Shown: positions 27,346-41,239, numbered from the stretch's first letter. The stretch: DNA of 64,000 bases from Octopus vulgaris (GCA_951406725.2 OX597818.1:67394001-67458000); one strand, 5' to 3'. The notes: generated by a model from the sequence alone, not told the origin. A program made the numbers and translations.

Positions 27346-28701
27346 TTGTGGTTTTACACATTATAATTTCACTATATTTGATCAAAGATAATCCAGCAGT
27401 CACTAATTGTGAATAGTGTAATGTCTGACCACGAAGTAGGACCTTAGTTGATGTCTGCATACTTGAGTTGGGTCAGTATTACAATTAGTTGCTTGTCATT
27501 GTATGTTTGTTTATATAACTTATACCTGTCCTCAAATCCGTCCAAATGAAAGATTAGTATACGAGAAGAATTTTAAGGATGTGGAATTGGTATTTGTATA
27601 AAGAATCCCATATATCATTGAGATTCTGTTATTGGTTACTAGTTTCATACGATAAACACATTCTTTTGGTTTCCCAATATTCATTCAACTTATGGTATTT
27701 GTTGAGCGAAAGGAAATAACATGCTGCATATGGTAGGAGAGAAACATCTTTTATATGATTATGGACGAGTGTATCTCTGTGCGTCTAAATGTATATCTAC
27801 ACTCACACACGTACACACATACACACACATACATAATATATATCTTCAGAGAGACACAAGGAGAAAGGGTGGGTTAGAAAACCAGCAAGAATCTCGTGAT
27901 TAGCATGTTTTCCCAGGATCTGCAGCTTTTAAGAAAATCTCTGTCTTGGAGATATCCTACAAAGAATTGCAATCGCAATAAATCTATCAGATATTGGTGT
28001 TTCTTTCATTGTTCTTTGCGCTTCTCGGAGACAACGAATTGATTTTCTTACTTTGTATGTAAAAAGCAAGCAAATACCTTGAGAAAACTCATGAAATAAA
28101 ATATGGTTAGTAACATATTTCTCAACCAACCCACAGAAGTCTTGTTTTATATATGAATGTAAAGTTGCGTGCGCATAAGTTGCAAACACACACACACACA
28201 CACACAACAAATACGCTAGAAATAAACACTATCAATTAAAATTGTATAAACATTATTGTTATCACTTGTACACACTGAAATGTGATACGCAAGTATTTTT
28301 CTTACTATTAATTCAAACCCATGTATGAATTGATTTCACAGTATTATTCATATTTTTATCAACAAATTGTTACTGTCTTAAACATATCATCTTGTACGAA
28401 ATAATATACTCTGTGTTGCGCTATTTGAATACAGGTCGAAACATCAAATGTAAGCATATATTTTAGTTTAGTTTACTTAAAAATAAATTCAGAAGCTACA
28501 TTGTGTTCTTGTTCGCCATTTCGGATATTCATTTGTTTAATCTTATATTAATATAAGTAGAAAGATATGAAAAAAAAAACAGTAATGTCAATACGTGATA
28601 TGCGGAAAAAATATTTTAAAATGTGAACAGTAAAAGTGAAATTTGACTGAGTAATGGTAATGCTACATAAGTGGATAGTTCTGATACAAAGTCTTATTTA
28701 A

Positions 28702-28927
28702 CCTATTAAGTCCCAGAGTACTTAAATTTCTGAATATTACTTTCAAATATTTAAAGATGATTGAAAATAAATTAGAATGAAAAAATAATTATTAAAACTC
28801 CTTCACTTCAAGCAGAAATGGAAATACTGGGTGTCATATAAATAGGACACTATTTATAAGGTATTGATATAGCTTATTTAACGTTCGCATTTAGTGCCCT
28901 ATTTATAGGACAGTGGCACTTAATGGG
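28702..28927. mobile_element. piggyBac-type non-autonomous element (MITE)
   Basis: TTAA (28698-28701)-CCTATTAAGTCCCA ... TGGCACTTAATGGG-TTAA (28928-28931), 12/14 TIR match; two internal quasi-palindromes GTGTCATATAAATAGGACAC and GTGCCCTATTTATAGGACAG. Confidence 0.78.
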
Positions 28928-29271
28928 TTAATATGTTATCATTGGAAATTATTCAAAAATTAACTATTAAATTGCCTGTATATTCTTAGCGAATTCACTT
29001 ATTGTTTCTCGAATTTGCAACATGCCAACGGTGTTTAGGGAAAATAATATCAATTGAAGCATGAATAAAATTAGAATTTGCAATTACTTAGAATATGGGA
29101 CATTTTGAGGCAAAGAAACCAGCATAGATATTGCTTCCATTGCTTTAGGGCATTTTGATACTACTCTCCCAGCCTTTTTTGCTATTTCCGATACAGATAA
29201 TTATCCAAGCGTAAATAATGACTCCCCTATTTTGCGCTTCATAAATTAAAATATTCACTATTTAAAAACGT

Positions 29272-29368
<97 letters not shown>

Positions 29369-29399
29369 TAATCAGGAATGAATGCTTATCTATCAAAGT

Positions 29400-31140
29400 T
29401 ATTTGGAAGAAATTATTTGGCAACTGTCACGAAAGATTTTATCTGTCCCATAGACAGATTGTGGGGCCTCTAGAGAATAAGAATACAGATTAATTGGTGA
29501 AAGATCAAAATATTCACACTATTACAAGAACGCCGAAAAATGAGAAGTATTAAAACTAGCATGGGAGTCAGATGCTTAGCATCTGAGGGTGTGACTCAAT
29601 TTCACTTGAATTTGAGAATAAAACCGCAGGTAAAATGTGGTCGTATCATTTTCTTGATAAATGCATGAATCATTCAATGACGACCCGTTTCTAGAGATGA
29701 GGTGCCTCTCCCATGTTGGATGAGAGAAACAAAATGACTCTAATCTCCCTGAAGCGTTTTCTGAACAACGTAATCGGTCACTAGGAATAAAGGTGGATTT
29801 CATAATACTTGATAAGCCAGATAAACACATATGTGTACAATTCATCGTTTTGCCCCCAGAAAAAGTAGTTCCCCACCTTTACTTTATCACACATCGTTCA
29901 TCAACGCCACACGTACAAGAGAATCCTGTTTTGAGTCATTTTAACATCAAGTCTACGTCTATGCTTGAATGAAGGGAGACCTGCGGACATTAACGTTTAA
30001 TGAAATTCCTCGACTAATTGGGGAGGCATTTCTTCTATGGAGGATTCGTACAAATAGTTACTAAGTTTTCAAGGTATCCACAAGGTATCCTCGAAAGAAA
30101 CACTATTAATGACGATAGAGCAGATCTTCAGGTAAGAATTCTACTTCTTGCAACAACATGACAAACTGCACCATCATCCATCTCCGCATTTTTAACAGCG
30201 GAAGATATATTTTCTATCAACAGAGCTTATCCGCGAAAAGTCGGAAGAACACTTAAAAGACCAAGCGATTCATCACTAATTCTCTTGGGGAAGCTGAAAT
30301 CGGATAGCAATCCAAGTAAAGAAAGAACAAAGAAATAATGAAGCAGACAAATTCAAAACCGGCGAAGTGGTTGATCCTTTACGCAGGAGATCGATAACGA
30401 TTAGAATAATGAAGAGGATTAGACTTCCTTGGGCATCATATATGATCAGTGAGAATTATTAGGAGGGGAACAGTGGGGTACGCCAAAGCTACTGTGGAAA
30501 GCTTTCAAAACCATTTGGGGTTGGATTAATCTGCAGTTGTTTTTCAAGGAAATCAAAAGTGTCAATATATCAGTAGATATTTGTAACTGTGAAAACGTAG
30601 AAACGCCTGAAAAGTGTGTTGCAGGAATCTAATTGAGAATGTCAACGACGTTAAAATAGGCTCGCTTGAACGTAAGGGTGTCGCATCAACTCAACGTTCT
30701 GTGTTTAGCAGCAAGGGTGTAATAATAAATACAAGATTAGCAAGGATGCGTTCGATTAATCCATTACAAACCATAAATCACATAAAATTATTGGTTCTAG
30801 ATTATTTTATTAGAGTCGTAGGAGGAATTACAACCGTGTTTCGTGGTCTTCTACCACAACAGCTCCTTAATAGGATCCAGTTAGCTCAAGACATTATCAG
30901 GAGGAACCACGTCCGGTTTCGGCCCCTACTCCTCTACCGTTTTGACGTCCCCCCTTTCGGAGGTGTCTCCAGCTCTGGTGTTGGGTGCATGTCTTCTTTC
31001 TTCTTTTTTCTTCTGTTCCCTGGCCTCTTCGGTGTATCGTCAGCGAGTGTCAGCCGGTGACTGACTGAATTGTCAAATTCTTCCCTTTAAATACCTGCCG
31101 CTAGACTCCATTTTGTCATTCATTTTGAAATTTTGGATTA
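29400..31140 (-). mobile_element. Penelope-like element: upstream terminal repeat and highly degenerate RT
   Basis: Ordered minus-strand remnants PLR..PILTS, IDTFDFLEK, SF..VALAYPTVPL, PIS...ELVMNRL, MDD match PLE RT motif order; preceded by a repeat with CTGATAA...CGAAAC. Confidence 0.6.
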
Positions 31141-31403
31141 CGATAAATCGTGCAATCACGTTCGACAGTATTTAGTGAAGATATTCGCATTACCTAGTAT
31201 TTCAAATATATTTCAAAACCAATGGACATATTAATACCAGTAATTTCTTTATATCATTTTTTTTTTAATGCTACACATGCTTTCATGAACAATAAAATTT
31301 CAAGCAAAGTATTTTAACTATGCTTATGTTTTTACGCAAAATTCTGAACGGAAAATATGACTGTTTCTGCTCAGGAATAGATAATATCATTGTATGTTCT
31401 TCA

Positions 31404-31745
31404 GAGGCGCAGGAATGGCTGAGATAAGGAATTCGTGTCACAACAATATGGCTCCGGATTCACTCCCACTGAGTGACACCTTGCGCAAGTGTGCCTTATT
31501 ATAGCTCGAACCTGACGAAATATTGTGCGTGTGTGTGCGTATGTGTGCGCATGTGCGTGTCTGTATTTCTAGCGGTGTCACTTGACAACGGTCCCCGTAG
31601 CTTAGCAGTTTGGTAAAAGAGACCGATACACTAAGTTCCTGCATTTAAAAAAGTAACAGCGAATGGGATCGATTTATTCTTCTAAAAATTCTTCAAGGCA
31701 ATGCCCCAGCAGGGTCGCTCATTAATGACGGAACAAAATAAAGCT
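31404..31745 (+). mobile_element. SINE family A, diverged
   Basis: AGGCGCAGGAATGGCT head, TTGCGCAAGTGT, CTTGACAAC, AAAAGAGACCGATA. Confidence 0.82.
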
Positions 31746-32214
31746 ATTGAAAAGCTTTTGAAAAGGTTGTAAGACGCAACGAAAATTTTAGGAAAATAAA
31801 AAGAAGAAATAAATGGAAATTTTACCGGTGAGTGTGTTACCTTTTAAGGCACAAAAAGAAAATGACTCTCCACAGACACAACGAAATAAAAGCTAAAAGA
31901 AGAAAAGTAGTAAATAAAAGCTAAAAGAAGAAAATTAAATGTGCCCAAATCTGTGGACTGGTGTTTTTAGATTTCTAATTAAATCAGGATTTGCTGCAGT
32001 TAATTCGACTGCAGATGTGTTTAGGGATGTTGTTGATCACATGTTAATTCTTTCAAAAGCAGGAAATAGATAACAACATAATTCATACCAAAAGAAATCC
32101 TAGGGTTATAAATTATACACAAACCAGCCTACGTATTGACGAAAGGTTAACTGTACTCTATAATAAAATGCAGTGTTAGAGAACCAAAGCATACATGCAT
32201 CATTTCAAATGTAA

Positions 32215-32268
<54 letters not shown>

Positions 32269-32317
32269 TTATATATATATGGGGTGGGGTCTGTGTCTAG
32301 GGCTGCGTAAATATAGT

Positions 32318-32501
32318 GAGAATTTACAAACAAATAAAAAGGCGGGTATGTAAACAACAAAGATATATGTTAGTTTAACGCGTGGAAAGTGAGAAAGTAT
32401 TTTACGTTTCGAGCATACGCTCTTCAACAGAAAGGGACACAGAAATAAACGGAGAGAAAATATTAAAAAAACGGTTTAGTGGCTAGCGATTTATCATGGT
32501 G
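32318..32501 (-). mobile_element. short hammerhead-like PLE-type element, copy C
   Basis: Minus core CTTT-CTGTTGA-A-GAGC-GTAT-GCTC-GAAACGTA-AAA at 32400-32436; TA-rich flanks. Confidence 0.78.
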
Positions 32502-32666
32502 AATGCGTATATATACATATATGTGTGTGGGTGAATACATGTTTACATGGTTATATATATGTAGATATGTGTATGCATTATATATATAGATAGATAGATA
32601 GATACATACATACATACATATATACATACATACATACATACATACATACATACATACATACATACA

Positions 32667-32698
<32 letters not shown>

Positions 32699-33751
32699 CA
32701 GAGACACTGAGAGAAGGCTGAGGCAGAGTGTTAACTAGAACGATGAAAGTATTGATAGATGAAGAAGTGGTATTATGTAGAATATTGAATAATGATATAA
32801 TAATAGGTGAGTCATCATTGTATAAATGACAAGAAAAATGAAATAACTTATGAACGAAATCTAATTTAGCTGTTCCATGAAAATATGTGTATGTGTCGCA
32901 TTTTCCTGCTGACGCACGGTAGCTAATCATACAGAGTCCATCCTCTGAGAGTGACTGACATACATCCTTAGTAGAGCATCAATCTATTCAAGCCTCGGGA
33001 GGCTGAGGTAAATCCTTAGCAGAAGGCGTCGGTCTACTGCCAGTGTGAGGTACAGGAGAAAGATTTGGGAAGTTTTAGGCGGCCATTCAACTTGAGCATT
33101 GATCGTAAGTAGCCATTGCCTTTCATCATGAGTGGCGTCATATTACCGGACTTGTATATGTAAGCAGAGATGCAGGCATAGATGGATGGATGGGAAATAT
33201 TTCCCCATTGACAGTTTTGGGGAATAAGTCTAGAAACGAACAACCTTATTAATATGGCCATTTATAACCGTAAACTGATGTGTTGGCAGGGGTAGCAATC
33301 AACACATTCACGCATACGTATATACGATGGGCTTCTTTCTTTGATTTACCCGGTGCTATAGCTGTGCCACACTTCCATGCCAGCCCTTACGAATCATGTA
33401 TATGGATATATGAAGGCGCAACGCTTGATGGTTGGGATATTTGGCTGACGTTGCGTTCTATCCTTGACCATAAATATTTCATTTTACGCTGTTCCAACTC
33501 AATTAGCGCGCAAAATAGAAATGTAACTCCCCGGTCCAGCCTTGTCACATTGTGTGACATGCAAGATCTCCCTCAGAACTAATTTAATGATAAGCATGTT
33601 TGTTAAGTGCTGAATCAGCTGGACGTTGATATTACGGACGGGATCTTCTATTGACCGGATCCGTCGGAGTGGCAATTTTATTTATGTATATATATTTATA
33701 TGTGCATGTGTGTATGTGTGTATATGTTTGTATGTGTGAGTGTGTGTATGC

Positions 33752-33803
<52 letters not shown>

Positions 33804-33889
33804 AATATCTATGTCTAGGTATGCATGGATATCTATCTATCTATATCTCTATCATATATACATATATATATATATATACATCCATCTCT

Positions 33890-33985
<96 letters not shown>

Positions 33986-34054
33986 GCATGTGTGTGTGTG
34001 TCTGTGTGTATACACATATATATACAGAGAGAGGCATTGATGGAAAGGAGAGAT

Positions 34055-34500
34055 GTTATGGGCCAGGCATTGTCGAATAAAGATTGCTTTTGTGTTCTAT
34101 ACAACTTAGTTTGATTATGATCGATTATGCATTGAAAGCTTTTTTTTTTCCAAATAATAAATCTTCTTCCCCATCCATATACGAGATGTTGTATTGTCTG
34201 TAAGTAAATATTGGCTGACCAGTTTGACGCTGACATTCGCCTCATCTTTTGTTATATTATTTTCGGTAATTTCTACTGGCTAGACATTTATTCAATTCAG
34301 CAAAGGTCAACCTGTTTTTTTTTTCTTTGTTTTTGTTCATCTGAATACAAACAATCCAGGTTTCTGAGCAATTGTTTGGGTTGAAACTGATTTACTTCTC
34401 CTCAATCAAACTTATATGGTTTGTGGCTATCGACAGATTATCTGCCACATTCCAGCGGTACATTTTGGTAAATATTATACATAAACCGTTCCTTTTGTCG
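34055..34500 (-). mobile_element. mariner transposase fragment, catalytic region, degenerate
   Basis: SANIYLQTIQHL...LFDNAWP resembles TANIYCQQL...LLHDNARPH. Confidence 0.5.
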
Positions 34501-34744
34501 CCTTATTAATTTCTTTCATTTCCATTGCAACTAAATTTGTTCAGATATTTGCTTGGTACATGTAAAATATTCCCTTCCAGTTTGAAAATTGTATCTGTCC
34601 TGATACTAGGGATGTATCTTTGTGTCCATTTGTATGTTATCGCGGTGCCTTTTAGCTTCTCGTAATTTTATTCTTCCTCTACAGATTTTACGTTTCGGTA
34701 CTGAAAAATGTCTACAACTTTTCAGACAGAGGACGATTGTGTAC

Positions 34745-35130
34745 CATGAAGAGATAAAAGAATATTTTAGTTAGTGCCTTTTTGCTGCTTTCAATCAAGG
34801 TTTTAAAGCTACCAAAGCCGAAATAGACATCTGTGATGTGTACGCTGACGCTGCTATTCTTGGCATAATTGTATAAAAATGGTAAAAACCAAAAACATTT
34901 ATAGAATCGTCTGAACTGTTCAGTATATTGAGAATTGATTACATGTTATTGTCTGTTGAGAATCTGTGCCTGTACACCAATGAATTGAGCTGCTAGATTG
35001 ATGTTCCTAGAAAACCACCGCATGTCACTTTCAGTCGGTACGTCAGGTGATGTACAAACTCTCATTGCATTGGTGCCATAATCACTAACTAAGATTCAAA
35101 TAAATAAAATAATGGAAAGCTTATTCCATT
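34745..35130 (+). mobile_element. mariner transposase N-terminal fragment, degenerate
   Basis: KEYFS*CLFAAFNQGFKATKAEIDICDVYADAAI and a later WVP-like LVP resemble the mariner HTH region. Confidence 0.6.
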
Positions 35131-36063
35131 TCGGGGTGGAGAGTATAAAGATGAGTGGGATGCAAGAACGTGAATTGAAGTGTTTCAATGAAGTGTCTCA
35201 GAAGGACAACAGCAACGAATTTACAAATTTATTTGATTACACTATATACTAGTTGGGACTTACTTTTCCACCAGTCTGTGGCACACACACAATGACTGGC
35301 AAACACGCTTGCGCACACGCGTATACATACACACACATATGAATATATATATATAAAGAATATGTACCAACGAGGCTCTCAGAACTTGAATCACTCTGTT
35401 GCGTTTGCTAAAAATTAATAACAATATATATATAAATATGGATTGAATGAATTTATACATCGGCCTTTGAATTTGTGTTCTCTTTTCCGTAATTTCTTAT
35501 ATATATATATGTGTGTGTATATGTGTGTGTAATAAAACTGAAGACGCGCGCGCGCGCGCGTGTGTGTGTGTACAGACCTTTTTTCATCCCCCTTAAAATC
35601 AATATTTTTCATCTGATTTCGTTCACGCTGGGAACATACATCACTTATGTTCCAGAGCTTGTCACAGACTTCAATATTTCCACATACTCAGTAATACTCC
35701 CCCCAGAGGACGGAAATTTCTTCACACAAGTAGATAATACATACTAAAGATAGTTGCTTCAAGTTATGCTACGTTTATTTCGTCTTCTACTACAGTTTCT
35801 CAATGCCCATTCACAGCAAACCGCAGTGAATATTTGCACGCTGGCACTTCTTTCACGTAGCCATACAATGTAAATCAACGTTTTATTATTTCTAAATACC
35901 TTAAGACAATGTTTAGCCAGAAAGCCCTAAGGCTCAAACATCTTAACCTTTCCTAAGTCCATTGTGACAATTATCTGAACCCATTCAACAAACAATAGTA
36001 CGACAAAAATCGATCAGGCCTTTGATTTAACCTCTCCCCTCTCTCTCCACCTTCATTTTGTAG

Positions 36064-36504
36064 ATAACCCTGCAGTGTCAACTATGAAATAGATCTCACA
36101 TTGTTATACCGTCTCACACTGCCGTCAAAGCCAGAAGATATCGAGATTACGAAATTCAAGACGAAGGGTCCTCTGCTGGTCCTAACAGGTTGCATACGAA
36201 ACCACTTTCCGTGCAGTACACATCCCTCAACCTTTGTATCCGTTAAGGTTTTAAAGTCAGAAATGGACTTTGTGACCCACCGAGCTATAATGTTCACGGC
36301 AAGGCCTTCAGAAACGGATGAACGAACGACACTGTAAGTTCAAACCAATGCAAACCTAAAAGCTCTGCTTAGCGGCACATCAAAGCCATCTGTCAGTGAG
36401 TGGGCTTTGTATCAGACAGGACTTTCATTGCAAAAAAAACATGCTTCAGTGCAGTTGTGCCAGGCATTACGATTGAAACAACTACACGCTACAAAATGCT
36501 TCAG
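36064..36504 (+). other. candidate non-coding or UTR exon
   Basis: Pyrimidine tract plus TTTTGTAG acceptor at 36063; donors CT|GTAAGT (36333) and CAG|GTAAGT (36504); non-repetitive and GC-elevated; all frames from this acceptor stop early. Confidence 0.3.
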
Positions 36505-36763
36505 GTAAGTCACAGCATCCCTAGTGCATACTACTATTTCGATCTCATTTCATGATTATTTACTGCCAAATTTTTGAGCAAAATGTTTAATTATTAATTA
36601 GGTTGTTTAATAATACAAAATAATTAACTGCTAACGAAATTCGTAATTATACATTTATGTTTATCAACTTCAAACGACTTCTAACTGATGCTAATTCAAC
36701 TTAAACCGTCGAATGGATTGCAGCATCATAATAAATTACACCGTGCAAGTGGTGCATTGGATA

Positions 36764-36838
<75 letters not shown>

Positions 36839-37170
36839 AGTGTTAATTGCAATAAGTTGCTCAAAACCACATACCGAAAATATTAGAAATAACAGCTAAA
36901 TTGATACTATAAAAAGTCTCCACAAACAAACAGAATTTGTAACCCGTATATGGCAAAAAAAGGAAGAAAATAACGAAATCCCAGCCTGTGGATTAATTAT
37001 AGACAAATCGGTTCTGGATTAGAACCGAAGGTTCATTTCCTTGTCAATATAATATTTCCTATAGATCTAGAAATGCTAGGGGAAAAATTCACCCGTTACA
37101 CCAGCACGACCAGCGACATCGAACGATCTACTATATATACTATATATATATATATACATATATATATATA

Positions 37171-37212
<42 letters not shown>

Positions 37213-39009
37213 GAAGTGAGTTGGCAATGATAGTAGATCGAAACAGGTAGCATTCAGGCACTCTAGTTTAATCCAAGTTATGATTAATCACATCGAGTGG
37301 TAAAGAATATAAATTAGAAACAATCCGAATGTATTTCATACGATGGGTAAATCGTGTGATAATTTTGTTGGATTATAAACAGTTTCATTGGCGTAATTCT
37401 AAGACAATTCCAGTAAATCGGGTGAGTTGTATATATGAAGTTTTCATTCTTACAGTTATTTACACAGCATAGATCTTGTAAACCTCAGTCAATGCATGGA
37501 AGTCATGCAATGGGCTTTTCATTTGCATAACGTTTGTTCATTTGCATCTAGATTGCCATTAAGTTAAAACATGAGTCCATTTAGCTTTACTCGTGCTGGT
37601 CTCACTATAGCACTTTCAAGCGAACTGAAGTATAATGATTTAGACAGTCTTTCATTTTTGTAGAGGACGATTAATGTCGAGAGCAAGAATAAGGAAGTAA
37701 TTTGAAAGATAATGTTATAAAGTCCGTTATCAGATCGACGCTAGAATGGGCCTAAATCTTGAATTTCGAAACATGAATATTAGATATTCAACTCCGCCAG
37801 AGACAGTCACCTTATGCGAAAGAATATGCGCGCGTGTGTGTGTGTTGAGCTCCTCCGTTAACAGATCTTACATTTCAGATATTAAATCGACTTATTGAGA
37901 TGTATTATGGAATCGAAACTAAGACATCGTTTCTTAGATGCAAATTAGTTAATTAGTTAATATGATTTAGTTAATATAAATTAGTTAATGAACAACCATT
38001 TGTTACTCTCTTTGTGTCCTTCATTTTTTTTTATTTCCTGATTTGTTACTGTAAATTAAGACAAAAGGAAACAATTGATTCAGACATTTGATCTTATTTC
38101 AGCGAGTAAATCTGCATTTATGAGAAGTCTTCCTATCTACTTCTGCTCTTTTCTTTATAAATAATAAATAAGGAAATTTAGTTTCATTTATTCTTAAATA
38201 TTTATGAGGACGCTTCGTCTTGTTTTCTGATATCTATTTTGGCATTTTATTCATTATTCAGTTTTCTAATATTAAAAATGCATTCTATTTTAAACGGTTT
38301 TGACATATTTCGCTAATCCTATCTTCATTTATTTTTATAAAATCTTTATACAATCTTTGCACAATGGTTAATAGGTTTTTCCAGTTAGCTACATTATTTT
38401 GAATGCAATTGTAGACATATAACATTACAATTGATTTCTAATTTCGCCATAGAATCTCAAGCTATAATTGGCTTAATTCAACAGTTTTCTACGAATTCTT
38501 TGGTATGAGAAATATGTAGAAAGTTCATTGGTATCGAATATAATTTGAAAATGTTTCGTACGGGAAACATATAAAACAAAAATTAATAAATATAGAATAT
38601 ATCTGGAGAATCGCAATTATGGAGATTGTTATATAATTATTTCCATTTTCAAGATTTATAGATATTTTTCAATTTCTTATTTGTATATTGTTTAAGTATT
38701 AAAAGATTTCATTTTTCTACTATGTCTGATCATTATTGTCAATATGTTGTTTAAATGTTTCCTTCAATGTCTAAAACTCTGTCATTATTAAGAATCTTTA
38801 CCAATTTGGTTCAAAAAGTAACTATTTTTTCTGTATGTTAATATAATGTAAAAGCTTCTTTCCCAAACAAGCTGGAGGTTGATAAAGAGGTGCTACGTCT
38901 ATGTATTTTATTGTCGTCTCATTTATTCTTGAGCCAATTGTAGGTTCCACTTTCCTTAATATCCATGAAAACCATTGCCAAACCTTTATGCATAAAACTT
39001 ATGTATAAT

Positions 39010-39172
39010 AGGTGCACGAGTGGCTGTGTGGTAAACAGTTTACTTCCTAAAAACGTTGTTCCGGTTTCAATCTCGCGGCTTGTCAAATGGCAAGTGTCTT
39101 GTACTATAGCCTTGGGCCGACTAAAGACTTGCGAGTGGATTTGGTAGGGGGAAACTGGAAAAAATAGTTCGT

Positions 39173-39178
<6 letters not shown>
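39010..39178 (+). mobile_element. SINE family A, 5' half
   Basis: GAGTGGCTGTGTGGTAA...GGCAAGTGTCTT...GAGTGGATTTGGTAG. Confidence 0.85.
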
Positions 39179-39210
<32 letters not shown>

Positions 39211-39212
<2 letters not shown>

Positions 39213-40180
39213 TGCGTGTCAAATAATTAGTCAACTCAGGTTTATTGTAATAACGGAGTATTTGTTGGTTTGAATCCAGATATGTTTCCGCTGCTTTCCA
39301 ATGCTCATCTTTCGTTGAAAGCTACCATCCATCATTATATATCTTCCACTTCAGAACATTCCTTATATTTCTTAATCGGGTTTAAGTCGGGTGAACACGC
39401 TGTCCACGTAATCAAACGCTGTCCAGAGACGTCGCCTAATTGCTATAGGTATTCCAGAGATCTCTTAGCTGCATTGGACCGCGCATTATCTTGCGTTATA
39501 TTAGCGTTCAGTTTAATGAAAGTTTTTCTTCAACCATGGCTTCAAATTGTCATCCAAAAAGGCAACATAGGCATTAAATGTCATCGTAATACCACCTAGA
39601 ACTTTCCCACTTTCTCCAATGATGCCAGCCCAAATCATGACTCCCCCTCCCCTTTGTTTGCGTCTCAGGGGAGGAGAACGATTTCTGCTAATTGTAACCC
39701 ATCCTTTCCTCCCCTCATCTGATCCGGCTAGGGTAGCAGGGCATTCGTCAGTATAGGACTTTTGAATATTCAATCTTCATGTAGTCTTCTGCCCATTTCA
39801 CTCTATTTTGTTTAAAAAGAACTTTCAGAAGGTGCCTCGTAACATGTTCCACGTTCTTGGCTACCTGCTTCAGGAGGTGAGATCTGGCAGATTTTGAAAT
39901 GTCTTCCCTACCACAACGTTTCAACACTTCTCAACTAGTCAGGTATGTGTTCTTCGCAACTTCCATCGTTATACTTGACAGGGTGCGCCTGGAAACGACG
40001 CTCGATTAACCCTTGTCAGCCCTTGAACGGACAGCAGAAGGCTCAACAAGTTTCTTCACAGTTCCATGATCTCTTCCGGGAATCTTTGATATTTCCAATT
40101 TCGTTTTTGTTTCTCCAAGCACTGATACGATATTAGATTTCTCATTTGATGCTCAGTCACGTTTTTGACCCACAATAAAA
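39211..40180 (-). mobile_element. Tc1-like transposon relic of the DD37E (TRT-like) type
   Basis: ISKIPGRDHGTVKK; YTDECPATLAGSDEGRKGWV; RRKQRGGGVMIWAGIIG; QDNARSNAA...SPDLNPI; TIR-like ACTGCGTGTCAAATAATTAGTCAAC next to (TA)n; frameshifts and stops. Confidence 0.82.
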
Positions 40181-40189
40181 CCTTAATTG

Positions 40190-40495
40190 GGCAACAGGGT
40201 ACATTTGTTTGCATATGTATATATATATATATATATGTAGGTATGTATACGTGTGTGTGTGTGCAGATTTGTATGCTTTGTTTTAAGCGTATATTCTCAA
40301 GCATATAGTCGCATATCTAGACTTGGTCATATATATGTAATTGATAAACTTCTGGAAAGTTTTACTGACTTTTATAGTTTCAGTGAAGGTTTGCATGTAT
40401 AGTCTTCGAATTAGCTTTATACTTTCCGGTTTTGAGAAGCCTAATTTCTCAAGATAGGCATTTAGGCAGTGTGTTGCATATCCAAGGGCATGCAT
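40190..40495 (-). mobile_element. R4/Dong-type non-LTR 3' fragment
   Basis: ALGYATHCLNAYLEKLGF...LIRRLYMQTFTETIKVSKTF matches the GALG...LQ...GT.KI restriction-like endonuclease C-terminus, followed by a 3' UTR. Confidence 0.75.
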
Positions 40496-40978
40496 GTATT
40501 TCTGAATGTATGTATGTATGTATATATGAATTTATGCAAGCATGTGTGAATGTATGATGTATATGATTATACAATTAAATAGAATAAAGGAGCAGATGCA
40601 GTTAGTGCAGTGAAATATTAAGTGCGTGCATGCGTGCGTGTGTGTGCGTTTATTTACAGCGTGACAGTGGAAATGTCTTCATTACAATTAGTAGGAAACT
40701 GAAAACAGACATTTATTTGTGCCTGATTCACGTGCTTTACATCCCCGTCTATATACGGTTGTCACGAATACTGCAAAGTCTCGCGACAGACGTTCTCTGA
40801 CATTATATATTATCGAGTCCAAATGATGGATCAATACATTGACCTCTGATGTATTTGAACTCATAAATTAGAGATCCACAAAGATTTTTATGGCCCTCTA
40901 TGAATTGTTCAAACACGTTTCACTTCCATATGGATTGTATCTTCATGTTTATAATTCTATATAGTTTTTCTTTTCAAT

Positions 40979-41090
<112 letters not shown>

Positions 41091-41126
41091 GTGTGTGTGA
41101 GAGAGAGAACGTGTGCCTGCGTATAC

Positions 41127-41159
<33 letters not shown>

Positions 41160-41195
41160 TATATATTTACACATACATACGCGCGCAAAAGAACA

Positions 41196-41239
<44 letters not shown>

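Noticed and set aside
20173-31935. Short direct duplications (20173-20200, 22235-22250 region, 31885-31935) as a possible array
   Set aside because: They are isolated two-copy slippage duplications; there is no repeat-spacer (CRISPR-like) periodicity anywhere in the window.
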